DNA of 64,000 nucleotides, taken from positions 174-64,173 of the forward strand of contig JBBQFH010000006.1 of assembly GCA_038321865.1 (NCBI GenBank). The letters run 5' to 3'. Below the pieces are notes generated by a model. It saw only the letters and a list, made by a program, of their open reading frames with translations, did no database searches and was not told where the DNA came from. A program made the translations under genes and the position numbers. This document shows, piece by piece, positions 1-9,035 of this stretch. The DNA comes from Gemmatimonadales bacterium (GTDB taxonomy: Bacteria > Gemmatimonadota > Gemmatimonadetes > Gemmatimonadales > GWC2-71-9). The first letter of the stretch is position 1, and each line of letters opens with the position of its first letter.

Positions 1-1161
1 CGCCAGCGGCGCGAGGTCAAATCGAACCGTGTCCCCACGGCCGCTTGGCCGCAGCCAGACCGCATCGAACGCGTCCGACTCACCGAGCTGACGGAGCCGG
101 GTGCGCAACGCACGGACGTCGACGTCATGCCGGCCCTCGAGCCCCAGCACCCGCAGCAGCGCGCGCCGCTCGGCCGGCGTGGTACCCGTGGTCAGCACGG
201 TGTCGAGATGGGAAGGAAGCCGCCCGGCCGTGGCCACGGCGTGCGGCAGACAGGCCCCGGCCCCCAGGCTGGCGGCGGCCGCGCTTTCACCCAGCGCGAT
301 CAGGCGGGCGACATGGCCGGGAGAAAAGTCGAGGCTGGTGAACCCCTCGACCGCGGGACGGATGCGGATGTCGCCGGCCACGAGTGAATCGGCCGGCTGC
401 TGAAAGAGAAAGCCGAGCAGGCGGTCCGCCAGCGAGAGCGGTGAGTAGAAGTTGAGCGAGTCCGGCATGCGCTCGGTCGCGTCGGACACGATGACGCGCA
501 CAGCGCCGGCGCCGCGGGCAATCGCGACCGGGATGTTGGCAGACAGTCCGCCATCCGCGAGAAAACGGCCATCCACGCGCTCCGGCGAAAAAATGAGCGG
601 AATCGCGATACTGGCGCGCACGGCGCGGGCAAGATCGCCCGCACGCAGCACCACTGCGGATCGGTCGCGGAGGTCGGTGGCGACCGCACGAAAGGGAGTG
701 GGCAGGGAGTCGAAGTCGCCGCGGGCGAGCAAGTTTCCGCGCAGCATTGCGGCGCTCAGCAGCGCGTTGACCTCGCGCTCGCGCACGGCGGCGCTCTGCA
801 GGACGAAGCCGCGCTCACCCTGCTCCCAGACGACCAGCGGCTGCAAGGCGCCGAGCGCACGGGGGGCGCGTGGTGCGTAGGTCCGGAACAGGGATCGAAG
901 CGACAGTGATCGCGCGAGCGAGTCGATCTCGCGCCCCGAATACCCGCTGGCGTACATCGCGCCAACGACCGCGCCCATGCTGCTCCCGACAATGAAGTTC
1001 GGGCGGACGCCCAGGCTGTCGAGCGCGCGCAGCACGCCGATATGGGCCAGTCCCTTGGCGCCGCCACCGGACAGCACGAGGGCGACCGGCCCTGCGGGGC
1101 ACTGCTGCGCCCTGAGCGGCATGGCGGTGAGCAATGTGAGGAGGGCAAGCGCGCGGCGCAT
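1..1161 (-). CDS. Patatin-like phospholipase, partial (C-terminus lies beyond the left window edge)
   Basis: Hand translation of the minus strand from ATG 1161-1159 gives [20 protein letters not shown] (signal-like), the oxyanion motif SGGGAKG, the nucleophile motif [10 protein letters not shown] (GxSxG) and a later DGG motif. The frame stays open to position 1. It is not in the ORF track because no stop lies inside the window. Confidence 0.8.
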   Translation of the reverse strand, partial: MRRALALLTLLTAMPLRAQQCPAGPVALVLSGGGAKGLAHIGVLRALDSLGVRPNFIVGSSMGAVVGAMYASGYSGREIDSLARSLSLRSLFRTYAPRAPRALGALQPLVVWEQGERGFVLQSAAVREREVNALLSAAMLRGNLLARGDFDSLPTPFRAVATDLRDRSAVVLRAGDLARAVRASIAIPLIFSPERVDGRFLADGGLSANIPVAIARGAGAVRVIVSDATERMPDSLNFYSPLSLADRLLGFLFQQPADSLVAGDIRIRPAVEGFTSLDFSPGHVARLIALGESAAAASLGAGACLPHAVATAGRLPSHLDTVLTTGTTPAERRALLRVLGLEGRHDVDVRALRTRLRQLGESDAFDAVWLRPSGRGDTVRFDLAPLA

Positions 1162-1273
1162 CGAGCGAAAGCTAATGCCCCTTGCGCCTGAAGATTCACC
1201 TTCGTATTTCTCGGCGAGCGTGCTGCGCCACGGCGCGCGGACGCGAGGCCAGACATCCCGGAGGAAGTGCCGC

Positions 1274-1537
1274 ATGACGTATGTGATCACCGAGGCCTGC
1301 ATCGGCGTGAAGGATCGGGCCTGCGTGGATGTGTGCCCCGTGGACTGCATTTACGAAGGGGAGGATCAGCTGTACATCCACCCTGACGAATGCATCGACT
1401 GCGGCGCATGCGAGCCGGAGTGCCCGGTGACGGCGATCTTTCCCGAGGAGGACGTGCCGCCTCCGCTCACCGACTATATCGAGAAGAACAAGGAAGCCTT
1501 CAACAGCGAGACTCCGCCGGGCCGGCCGAAGCGCTGA
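1274..1537 (+). CDS. fdxA: 7Fe (3Fe-4S + 4Fe-4S) ferredoxin, FdxA type
   Basis: The sequence [29 protein letters not shown]...[21 protein letters not shown] shows the classic Cys spacing. The internal ATG is at codon 100 of ORF 977-1537, and the upstream part of that ORF is Arg/Ser/Pro junk. Confidence 0.9.
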   Translation: MTYVITEACIGVKDRACVDVCPVDCIYEGEDQLYIHPDECIDCGACEPECPVTAIFPEEDVPPPLTDYIEKNKEAFNSETPPGRPKR

Positions 1538-1551
1538 CCCGACGCAGACTC

Positions 1552-1582
1552 GGCCCCCGCCAACCCGCGGGGGCCTTTTTTT
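1552..1582. terminator. Intrinsic terminator shared by convergent genes
   Basis: A GGCCCCCGC (1552-1560) / GCGGGGGCC (1567-1575) perfect 9-bp stem with a 6-nt loop is followed by TTTTTTT (1576-1582). It sits between the ferredoxin stop and the stop of the minus-strand gene at 1581. Confidence 0.7.
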
Positions 1583-2786
1583 AAATGGTCCTGATGAACT
1601 CCGCTATCACCCGGCTGGTCTCTGCCGGCTGTTCGAGGGGCGGGATGTGGCCGGCGCCGTCAATGGTGGCGAAGCGAGCTCCGGGAATGGCCTCCGCCAT
1701 CGCCTGCGCATCGTCTGGTGGTGTGATGGGATCGGCGTCCCCGACCACGACCAGCGTCGGGATGCCGGCGAGCGTCGGGAGCAGGCCGGTGCTGTCGGGC
1801 CGGTCCCGCATGGCGACCAGCGCGCCGGCGATGCCGGCGACCGGCGTTGCGCCGATCATGCGGCGGATCCGCATCGCGACCGCAGAGGCGGCCGCGGCCG
1901 GATCGGGAAACAGCTTCGGGATCAGCCCGTCGGCGACGGCCTCGGAGCCACGGTCGCGCGCGAGCGTGGCCTGCGCATCGCGCGTGCGGCGCGCCTCGGG
2001 ACCATCCGGCTCCGCCCTCGTGTCCATCAGGATCAATCCCCGCACGCGTGCCCGCCACCGCCTCACGAACTCGAAGGCGACGTATCCGCCGAGCGAAAGC
2101 CCGCAGAGGATCACATCGTCGATGGCGAGTGTGTCGAGCAGCGCGGCAAGATCGTCGGCGTAGGTTGTCATGCTGTAGCCGAGGTCGGGGGCGTCGGACA
2201 GCCCCATGCCGCGGAGGTCCGGCGCAACACGGCGAAACCCTTCGAGGGAGCCAAGCTGATGCTGCCACATGGTGCGGTCGAACGGGTAGCCGTGAATGAA
2301 GAGAATCGCAGGACCGTTGGTGCCGCGCACATCGACCGCGAGACTCACCCCGTTGACGGTCAATCGCTGCACATCCCCGCCGGGCCGGGGTCGGGAGTTC
2401 ATGAATTCGGCAACTTCGATCGGCACCGGCACCGGACGGCCAGCCCGGCTGATGCAGACGAACACGAATTCGGCGGTGGCGATGAGCGTATCATCCCGGA
2501 GGCGCCGAGCCGTCTGGCGCATGGTGAAGCTGGTGCGTCCGTGGTGGGTGAGCGCCTGCTGGAACCGGAGTACGTCACCGGGAAAGGCGGCGGCATGGTA
2601 GTCGATGACGGTTTTCCGCACGGCCGGCCAGGCGCCCGCACGAGTGAAGACATCCATCCCCGGACCCCGCGCCAGCATCTCCCAGCGGGCCCGCTCGAAC
2701 AGACTGAGGAACGAAGCCTGGTTCAGGTGACCGAAGGCGTCACACTCGTCGGGATAGACGCTGAGATCGATCTCGAGGGAGCCCAT
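1581..2786 (-). CDS. Fusion protein: N-terminal hotdog-fold acyl-CoA thioesterase (4HBT/YbgC-like) plus C-terminal alpha/beta hydrolase
   Basis: The N-terminus carries YPDECDAFGHLNQASF (thioesterase Asp motif). The C-terminal part carries HGYPFD, the nucleophile elbow GLSLGG and the catalytic His context GAGHIPPLE. 401 aa. Confidence 0.8.
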   Translation of the reverse strand: MGSLEIDLSVYPDECDAFGHLNQASFLSLFERARWEMLARGPGMDVFTRAGAWPAVRKTVIDYHAAAFPGDVLRFQQALTHHGRTSFTMRQTARRLRDDTLIATAEFVFVCISRAGRPVPVPIEVAEFMNSRPRPGGDVQRLTVNGVSLAVDVRGTNGPAILFIHGYPFDRTMWQHQLGSLEGFRRVAPDLRGMGLSDAPDLGYSMTTYADDLAALLDTLAIDDVILCGLSLGGYVAFEFVRRWRARVRGLILMDTRAEPDGPEARRTRDAQATLARDRGSEAVADGLIPKLFPDPAAAASAVAMRIRRMIGATPVAGIAGALVAMRDRPDSTGLLPTLAGIPTLVVVGDADPITPPDDAQAMAEAIPGARFATIDGAGHIPPLEQPAETSRVIAEFIRTI

Positions 2787-2895
2787 CCCGATACGTTATG
2801 ACAAACCGGCAAGTGGCGGAAGACCGCCTCTCCGCCGCGGCCGGAAAAGGGGGTTACGTTGGTTCAGCGCCCCCCCTCACCCACAGGATCGGATC

Positions 2896-3069
2896 ATGCC
2901 GCCAGCTACCGACTACATCCGTCACGCCGCGCGCCTGGCTCGAAAGCTCCACATGGATTCCGCACTGGGCGGGTCACCCCAGCCGGATTCGGAATTCTAC
3001 AAGACCCTGGCGAAGGCGCTGGAGGAGATCGCGGCTGGCCTGGAACAGAGTGGAAAACGCGCAGATTAG
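2896..3069 (+). CDS. Possible small protein (57 aa, helical), unannotated
   Basis: Hand translation gives MPPATDYIRHAARLARKLHMDSALGGSPQPDSEFYKTLAKALEEIAAGLEQSGKRAD. An AGGAT sequence lies upstream of the ATG. Third-position GC is moderately high but lower than in neighbouring genes. It is below the 60-aa cutoff of the track. Confidence 0.3.
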   Translation: MPPATDYIRHAARLARKLHMDSALGGSPQPDSEFYKTLAKALEEIAAGLEQSGKRAD

Positions 3070-3167
3070 GCACAGTATTAGAACATCATACACCCAGTGA
3101 ACTGGCACTACGGTTCATTTTCGGGCCTGGAGTTGCCCCTGCGGGGGCATGCGGCCAGCTTACGCGG

Positions 3168-4343
3168 ATGACTGCGACGCCTGCGACCGCGCCTGATCCC
3201 GCCAGTATCCGCCTGATCGAGCGGCAGCCCGACCTCGAAGCGCTGATCGCCGAGCTCGCCCGGGAGCCGCTCGTCGCGGTGGACACCGAGGCGGCCAGCT
3301 TCCACCGCTATCGTGACCGGGTCTATCTGCTGCAACTGTCCTCCCGCCGGACGACGGCCGTCGTGGATCCGCTCGCAGTCGACAACCTCACCTCGTTCGC
3401 GACCCTGCTGGCCGACCCTGCGGTCGAAATCGTCTTCCACGATGCCGACTACGATCTTCGGCTGCTGGACCATGAGCTGGGCTTCCGGGCGACGAATCTC
3501 TTCGACACACGGATCGCGGCTCAGCTGCTGAACGAACCCGGCGTGGGACTGGCCGCACTGCTCGAGAAGTATCTCGGGCTGAAAATCGACAAGCGGTTTC
3601 AGCGCGCCGACTGGTCCGCCCGCCCGCTCTCCGCCGGGATGCTCGAGTACGCGGCCGGCGACACGCGCCACCTGGCAGAGTTACGCGATATTCTGCGCGG
3701 CCAGCTGGTCGAGCGGGGCCGGCTGGCGTGGGCCGAGGAGGAGTTCGCCCTGCTGGAGCGGGTTCGCTGGAGCGCCTCCGCCGAGGACGAGCCGGCGTAC
3801 CTCCGCATCAAGGGAGCCAAGGCCCTTCGCGGCCGCTCCCTGGCCGTGCTGCGGGAACTCCATGCGTGGAGAGACGGGCTGGCCCAGAAGGCCGACAAGG
3901 CGCCATTCCGGATCATCAACAACGAGCCGATGCTCACGATCGCCAAGGAGCCGCCGCCGGATATCGCCGCGCTCAGGGCGGTTCCGGGCGTGGGTCATGA
4001 TCTCGTCGAGCGCCGAGGCGCCGACCTGCTGGCAGCGGTCGAGCGCGGGCTGGCGGTGCCCGACCGGGAGCTCCCGCACATCGAGCGGCCGGCGAGGCGG
4101 GCCGCCGATCCGGCGTTCGACGCGAGGATGGAACGGCTGAAGGCGGTGCGGAACGCCGAAGCCACCCGGCTCGAGCTGGCACCCGGTGTCCTCTGCCCGA
4201 ACGGCACGCTCGAAGCGATCGCCCGGTCCGTGCCCGGAACGATGGGTGATCTGCAACAGATTGGGGGGTTGAGGCGGTGGCAGCGCGAAACGCTCGGCGA
4301 GGCACTGCTGGTCGCGCTGCCGGCGCGGGCGGGCGGTCAGTAG
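3168..4343 (+). CDS. rnd: Ribonuclease D (DEDD 3'-5' exonuclease plus HRDC domains)
   Basis: The sequence shows VAVDTEAASFHRYRDRVYLLQLS, FHDADYDLRLL and YAAGDTRHL (DEDDy motifs), followed by HRDC-like repeats. The start was chosen at internal ATG 3168 (MTATPATAP...). The upstream 103 codons of ORF 2859-4343 have non-coding character. Confidence 0.85.
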   Translation: MTATPATAPDPASIRLIERQPDLEALIAELAREPLVAVDTEAASFHRYRDRVYLLQLSSRRTTAVVDPLAVDNLTSFATLLADPAVEIVFHDADYDLRLLDHELGFRATNLFDTRIAAQLLNEPGVGLAALLEKYLGLKIDKRFQRADWSARPLSAGMLEYAAGDTRHLAELRDILRGQLVERGRLAWAEEEFALLERVRWSASAEDEPAYLRIKGAKALRGRSLAVLRELHAWRDGLAQKADKAPFRIINNEPMLTIAKEPPPDIAALRAVPGVGHDLVERRGADLLAAVERGLAVPDRELPHIERPARRAADPAFDARMERLKAVRNAEATRLELAPGVLCPNGTLEAIARSVPGTMGDLQQIGGLRRWQRETLGEALLVALPARAGGQ

Positions 4344-4642
4344 CCGAGGAATGCCTTGACCCGGGGATCCATCCGTTCAGGCGTCCAGTAGGGCTCCCAG
4401 ACCAGCTCGACGTCCACCGAATTGACGTCCTCGAGGTCCGTTACCACCTCGCGCACGTTCTGCATGATCTCGGCACCTGAAGGACATCCCGGCGACGTGA
4501 GCGTCATCTTGACGAGCACGTCGCCGGAGTCGTTGACGTCCACATCATAGACCAGCCCGATGTCCATGATGTTCAGGTTGAGCTCGGGATCCTTCACGGC
4601 GCGAAGCGCCTTGCGGACGGATTCAGCGGTCTGGACGGCCAT
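4337..4642 (-). CDS. DUF59/MIP18-family Fe-S cluster assembly protein (SufT-like)
   Basis: The sequence VKDPELNLNIMDIGLVYDV...MTLTSPGCPSG is typical of the DUF59 family. 101 aa. The stop overlaps the rnd stop convergently by 7 nt. Confidence 0.85.
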   Translation of the reverse strand: MAVQTAESVRKALRAVKDPELNLNIMDIGLVYDVDVNDSGDVLVKMTLTSPGCPSGAEIMQNVREVVTDLEDVNSVDVELVWEPYWTPERMDPRVKAFLGY

Positions 4643-4650
4643 GCCTCAAA

Positions 4651-5826
4651 CTAACACCGTGGCAACTGGACGGTACAGCGCTCCGGTACCATGCGGGCCA
4701 CCGCGTCGGACAGCCGGGAACGCACTCCGCGAATTCCGGCGAGTGAGCCCGCATGCCGCGGGTCGAAGCTCCGGTTGGTGAGGAAGATCAGGAACATGTC
4801 CCGCGCCGGATCGATCCAGATCTGGGTGCCGGTCCACCCGGTATGCCCATACGCCGCACCGCTCAGGAGGTCCCCGAATGCGGTCGGCCCGTCAGCCTCC
4901 CGATCGGGCGAATCCCAGCCCAGGAGGCGGGTGCCCGAGCGTTCACCCGGCTCGAGAAAGAGCCGCATCGTCTCCGCCCGGACCCACGGCTTGCCCCGGA
5001 CGCTGCCGCGCCGGAGCCAGGCCTGGGCATACCGGGCCAGATCGGCACCGGAGGAAAACAGCCCGGCGTGCCCCGCCACACCGCCGAACACCACCGCGTT
5101 CTGGTCGTTGGGGATCCCGGCCACCGCCTGGCCGCGGAAGGAGCTGCTGGGCGCGACTCGCGTGAGCAGGGTGGGATCAGGCCGATAGACGGTTGCCCGC
5201 ATCCCCAGCGGACGGCTGACCTCCTGCGCCACGATCGAATCGAGCGGCTGGCCGGCGATCTTCTCCAGCACCAGCCCGAGCAGGATAGCGTTGAGATCGC
5301 TGTATTCGGGTGAGGCGCCGGGGTCGCGGCGGAGCGAATCGGCCAGCAGCTCGGTGACCGCTTCCTCCCGCGAACCGGCCATGCGATAGAAGGGGACGTA
5401 CGGTCTCAGACCGCTCGTATGGTCGAGCAGCATGCGCACAGTCACACGGTCCTTCTCCAGACCGCTGAAGGCCGGGACGTAGCTCGCGACAGGCGCGTCA
5501 AGATCCAGCCGGCCCTGATCGACGAACCGGAGGGCTGCCGCCATGGTACCGACGACCTTGGAGAGTGACGCCAGGTCCCAGAGCGTGGTGGCCGGACCCG
5601 GCGTCTTGGAGCGGCGGCTCCAGGTGAAGTGACCGTAGCCGCGCTGATACAGGATCCGGTCATGCCGCCCGATAATCACCACCGCACCGGGGTAGAGTCC
5701 GAGCCGGATCCCGGTCTGAACGGCGGCGTCCACCGTGGCGTAGCGCGGCTTCCGCGCGGCCGGCGGGCCCGCGAGCACCAGGATCGGCAGAATGAGCGAC
5801 GCCAGCATGCGATACGGCATCGTCAC
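4651..5826 (-). CDS. Serine hydrolase of the beta-lactamase / PBP4*-like family, secreted
   Basis: There is an N-terminal signal sequence, an SxxK motif (ASLSKVVG), a later YSD/YSN-like segment and an HTGWTG box. 391 aa. Confidence 0.85.
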   Translation of the reverse strand: MTMPYRMLASLILPILVLAGPPAARKPRYATVDAAVQTGIRLGLYPGAVVIIGRHDRILYQRGYGHFTWSRRSKTPGPATTLWDLASLSKVVGTMAAALRFVDQGRLDLDAPVASYVPAFSGLEKDRVTVRMLLDHTSGLRPYVPFYRMAGSREEAVTELLADSLRRDPGASPEYSDLNAILLGLVLEKIAGQPLDSIVAQEVSRPLGMRATVYRPDPTLLTRVAPSSSFRGQAVAGIPNDQNAVVFGGVAGHAGLFSSGADLARYAQAWLRRGSVRGKPWVRAETMRLFLEPGERSGTRLLGWDSPDREADGPTAFGDLLSGAAYGHTGWTGTQIWIDPARDMFLIFLTNRSFDPRHAGSLAGIRGVRSRLSDAVARMVPERCTVQLPRC

Positions 5827-6614
5827 GGGACCAGACTGTCGCGCACGGAGCCTGGCGGCAGGTCGTACAGCAGGAGCACCGTGCGCCGGTCACGCTCGGA
5901 GATGGCGCCCGACCGGGTGGCGGGAAACATCACGTCGTTGGAGTCGGCCGAATGGGGCAGTCCGATCGCGTGTCCGGCCTCGTGAATGGCCACGGACAAC
6001 AACGCGTGGTCCGGAAGCCTCAGCCCGCTGCTGGTGCGCAGCGCCAGCGCAATGGACGCGTGGCGCACGTGCCCGAGCTGATCCCAGGTGAGGTCGGTCT
6101 GGCCGGCCCGGTCGAAGTTGAAGCTGTCGATCCAGTGCACGGTGATGTCGGCGTCCGTGGTATCGGAGACCATTTCGAAGCGGAGCGGCACCCCCGCCGA
6201 TTCCCACTCGGCGAACGCTTCGCGCACGTGGGTGGCGAGGCGGGCGGAATACCCGGCCGGCCCACCTTCGACGATGGCAACTCGCAAGGGCGTCTCCGGA
6301 CGGTCAGGCCACCGGCGAACCAGAGAATCGGTGGAGACGATCAATGAATCGAGGTACGTGCCGCCGGCTTCGCGGCCCAGCTGCCGGCGGATGGCTAGGC
6401 GGGCGAGCCGATCGATGGTCGGCGTGCCCATGCCACCGGCGCTGGCGCCGCTCGGCCGGGTGGCCGGGAGACCGGTCGTTTCGAGCACCGTGGGCGGAGC
6501 CGGCACGGAGCGCGCCGGTGGCGCCGCGTCCACCCGGACGACGCGAAACAGCTTGTCGCCGACGACGAAGAGAAACAGCACCAGCGTAATGGCGGGGAGA
6601 AACGAACGCTTCAT
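5823..6614 (-). CDS. Matrixin-like (M10 family) zinc metalloprotease, membrane-anchored
   Basis: It has an N-terminal TM segment and the zinc motif HEAGHAIGLPHS (HExxHxxGxxH). A 4-nt overlap with the downstream beta-lactamase-like gene suggests an operon. Confidence 0.8.
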   Translation of the reverse strand: MKRSFLPAITLVLFLFVVGDKLFRVVRVDAAPPARSVPAPPTVLETTGLPATRPSGASAGGMGTPTIDRLARLAIRRQLGREAGGTYLDSLIVSTDSLVRRWPDRPETPLRVAIVEGGPAGYSARLATHVREAFAEWESAGVPLRFEMVSDTTDADITVHWIDSFNFDRAGQTDLTWDQLGHVRHASIALALRTSSGLRLPDHALLSVAIHEAGHAIGLPHSADSNDVMFPATRSGAISERDRRTVLLLYDLPPGSVRDSLVP

Positions 6615-6748
6615 ACGGTCTCATCAATATGGGTGGCCGGCGCATCCTCGCGCCAGCACCGCTGGCGTCGTGCGCCTGAGCGGTCTAACATTTCGCCACC
6701 TCTGGTCGGCTCACCGCCCAGTATGACGGAGAAATCAGCCTGAACCTC

Positions 6749-9007
6749 ATGGGTCCGATCGCGCGCGCGCTGGTGCGCTGTCGCTGGGTCGTCGTCGTCG
6801 TCTGGGCCGGCATCGGTGCGCTGGCGGCGGTGCGCGCGCCCCACACCCCGGAGGTCCTCAACATTCGCGGCGGAAGCAGCCGACCCAACGAATCGTCCGC
6901 CGTCTCCCGGGCGCTCGACCAGCGCTTCAGCCAGCCGATCACCGAATTCTTCGTGGTCACGCTCGAGGGGCCTGCAGCGTTCGATTCGGGGCCTCCGCGG
7001 CAGCACCTGGACACCCTGCTGGGCCGGATCGCGGCCCAGCCCTACGTCCGGAGCGTGGCGTCGTACCCGTCCACCGGACAAACGACATTTGTCAGCCGCG
7101 ATCATCGTGCCACGTTCTTCGTGGTCGCGCTGAACGTCGCAAACGGCGACAGCGCCGGCAAGCTGGTCGTCCCGTTCCGCACCCTGGTCCACCGGACCCT
7201 CGAGAGTCTTGCAGACGGCCACGAATACCGCGTCCTGGTGACTGGGCGGTCCCCCCTCGATCTGGACGTCCGGACGGTGAGCGCGGAGGACAGCCGCCGG
7301 AGCGAGGCACGGCTGCTGCCGCTCACGATGGTGATTCTGGTGCTCGCCTTCGGCGCACTGGTGGCCGCCGTTCTCCCGCTGGTGATCGGCTTTCTCGCGA
7401 TTGCAGTCTCGCTCACGATCATCGGAATCGTTGCCCGCTTCACTCCGATGTCCATCTTCGTCCTCAACATGACCACGATGATCGGGCTGGGCGTCGGCAT
7501 CGACTATTCGCTGCTGGTGGTCACCCGGTTTCGCGAGGAGCTTCGCCGCGGCATCCGCCGCCGGGAAGCCGCGGTCAACACGATGATGACGGCCGGAACG
7601 GCCGTGGTTACGTCGGGACTCACCGTGGTGGTCGGCTTCGCCGCCCTGCTGCTCACCCCGCTGGTGGAGACGCGCAGCGTCGGCCTGGGTGGACTGATCG
7701 TCGTCGCCGTAGCGGTGCTCCTCTCGATCACGCTCCTCCCCGCACTGCTGGCGATCCTGGGCCGCGACATCGATGCACCACGCGCCCTGGCGCGGAAGCT
7801 CACCTGGTACCACTCGCCGCAGACCTGGGAGAAATGGGCTCGTACCCTCAGCCGCCACCCGCGCCGGGCACTCGCCCTGGGGGGCGTCGCCATCGCCATC
7901 CTCACCGCCCCGCTGTTCTGGATCCGGATCGGCCTCCCGGCCCGCAACTGGTGGCCGGCGGAAACCGAGGCGGGCAGGGGGCTGGAAACGCTCACCCGCA
8001 TGGGGGTGGCCGGCTACGTGAACCCGATTCGCATCGTGGTGGACCTCCCGCCGGGGGAGCATATCGTCGCGGCGGCGTCCCTGCGGGGGCTTCGCGCACT
8101 CTCCGATTCGCTCCGTGCCGATCCGCGCGTCCAGGAAGTCCGCAGCATCGTCGACCTCGAGCCGGGCACCTCGATCCTCGGCTATTCGATGCTATACAGC
8201 GATCTCCCGGCCGCACGCGAAAAGTATGGCGCCTTCCTGAACGGCTACCTCAGCGGCGACGAGCGGATGGCCCTGCTCGACGTGATCCTGACCGACACCA
8301 CCTCATTGACCTCGGCCATGGACGTGGTGGCGCGGGCGCGCATGCTCGGCGCAGCGAAACTGCGTCATCTGTCCGGCGCGCGCATTCTGGTCGGCGGCTA
8401 CGCGGCGGCCAGCGTGGATTTTCAGCGGGATCTGCTCCGGCGCTTCCCACTGCTGGTGCTGCTCATTCTGGCCGCCACCGGCATCATGCTCGCGATCGCA
8501 TTCCGGTCGGTGCTCGTGCCGATCAAGGCGGTCATCATGAACAGCCTGTCGGTCAGCGCGACGTTCGGGCTGATCGTCCTGGTATTCCAGCACGGGATCG
8601 GCGGACGCATCTTCGGCCTCGACGGCCCCACCTCGGCCATCTTCGTCGTGGTGCCGGTGCTGGTATTCGCGGTGGTCTTCGGCCTCAGCATGGACTACGA
8701 AGTGTTTCTGCTGAGCCGGATCAAGGAGGCCTTCGACCGGACGGGGCGGAACGACGAGGCGACGATGGAGGGGGTGAGCGCGACGGCCTCGGTGATCACC
8801 TCCGCGGCGCTCATCATGATCATGGTATTCGGGGTGTTCGCCTTCGCGCGGGTGCTGGTGATGCAGTTCCTCGGCTTCGGGCTGGCCGTGGCGGTGCTGC
8901 TCGACGCCACACTGATCCGGATGGTGCTGGTGCCCGCCTTCATGCAGCTGGCCGGTCGCTGGAACTGGTGGCCGGGCGTGCCGATCCGCAAAACGAAGCC
9001 GGACTGA
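6749..9007 (+). CDS. MMPL/RND-superfamily membrane transporter
   Basis: This 752-aa protein has two blocks of about 6 TM helices, each followed by a soluble loop. The repeated motif GxDYxxFLxxRxxEE (GIDYSLLVVTRFREE and SMDYEVFLLSRIKEA) is typical of MMPL proteins. Confidence 0.9.
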   Translation: MGPIARALVRCRWVVVVVWAGIGALAAVRAPHTPEVLNIRGGSSRPNESSAVSRALDQRFSQPITEFFVVTLEGPAAFDSGPPRQHLDTLLGRIAAQPYVRSVASYPSTGQTTFVSRDHRATFFVVALNVANGDSAGKLVVPFRTLVHRTLESLADGHEYRVLVTGRSPLDLDVRTVSAEDSRRSEARLLPLTMVILVLAFGALVAAVLPLVIGFLAIAVSLTIIGIVARFTPMSIFVLNMTTMIGLGVGIDYSLLVVTRFREELRRGIRRREAAVNTMMTAGTAVVTSGLTVVVGFAALLLTPLVETRSVGLGGLIVVAVAVLLSITLLPALLAILGRDIDAPRALARKLTWYHSPQTWEKWARTLSRHPRRALALGGVAIAILTAPLFWIRIGLPARNWWPAETEAGRGLETLTRMGVAGYVNPIRIVVDLPPGEHIVAAASLRGLRALSDSLRADPRVQEVRSIVDLEPGTSILGYSMLYSDLPAAREKYGAFLNGYLSGDERMALLDVILTDTTSLTSAMDVVARARMLGAAKLRHLSGARILVGGYAAASVDFQRDLLRRFPLLVLLILAATGIMLAIAFRSVLVPIKAVIMNSLSVSATFGLIVLVFQHGIGGRIFGLDGPTSAIFVVVPVLVFAVVFGLSMDYEVFLLSRIKEAFDRTGRNDEATMEGVSATASVITSAALIMIMVFGVFAFARVLVMQFLGFGLAVAVLLDATLIRMVLVPAFMQLAGRWNWWPGVPIRKTKPD

Positions 9008-9035
9008 ACCGAGAACTTCACCGCGGTTCGGGACG

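Noticed and set aside
2859-3167. ORF 2859-4343 implies a 103-codon N-terminal extension of RNase D.
   Set aside because: RNase D homology begins right after ATG 3168. The extension is Pro/Arg/Gly-rich and crosses an AT-rich, promoter-like stretch (3060-3130). It also conflicts with a more plausible small ORF in another frame.
6611-8062. A 483-aa minus-strand ORF lies opposite the MMPL transporter. Similar long antisense or out-of-frame ORFs occur throughout the track, for example 9861-11801(+), 18316-19539(-), 31468-33096(-), 34148-35839(-), 43529-45172(+), 45909-48008(-), 56863-58368(-) and 60272-62053(-).
   Set aside because: These are shadow ORFs typical of very GC-rich DNA. Their translations are dominated by Arg, Pro, Ala, Gly, Asp and His with no recognisable motifs. 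Each lies opposite or out of frame to a gene with strong family signatures (MMPL, polA, CaCA, STK, dnaA, yidC, MATE, hrpB).
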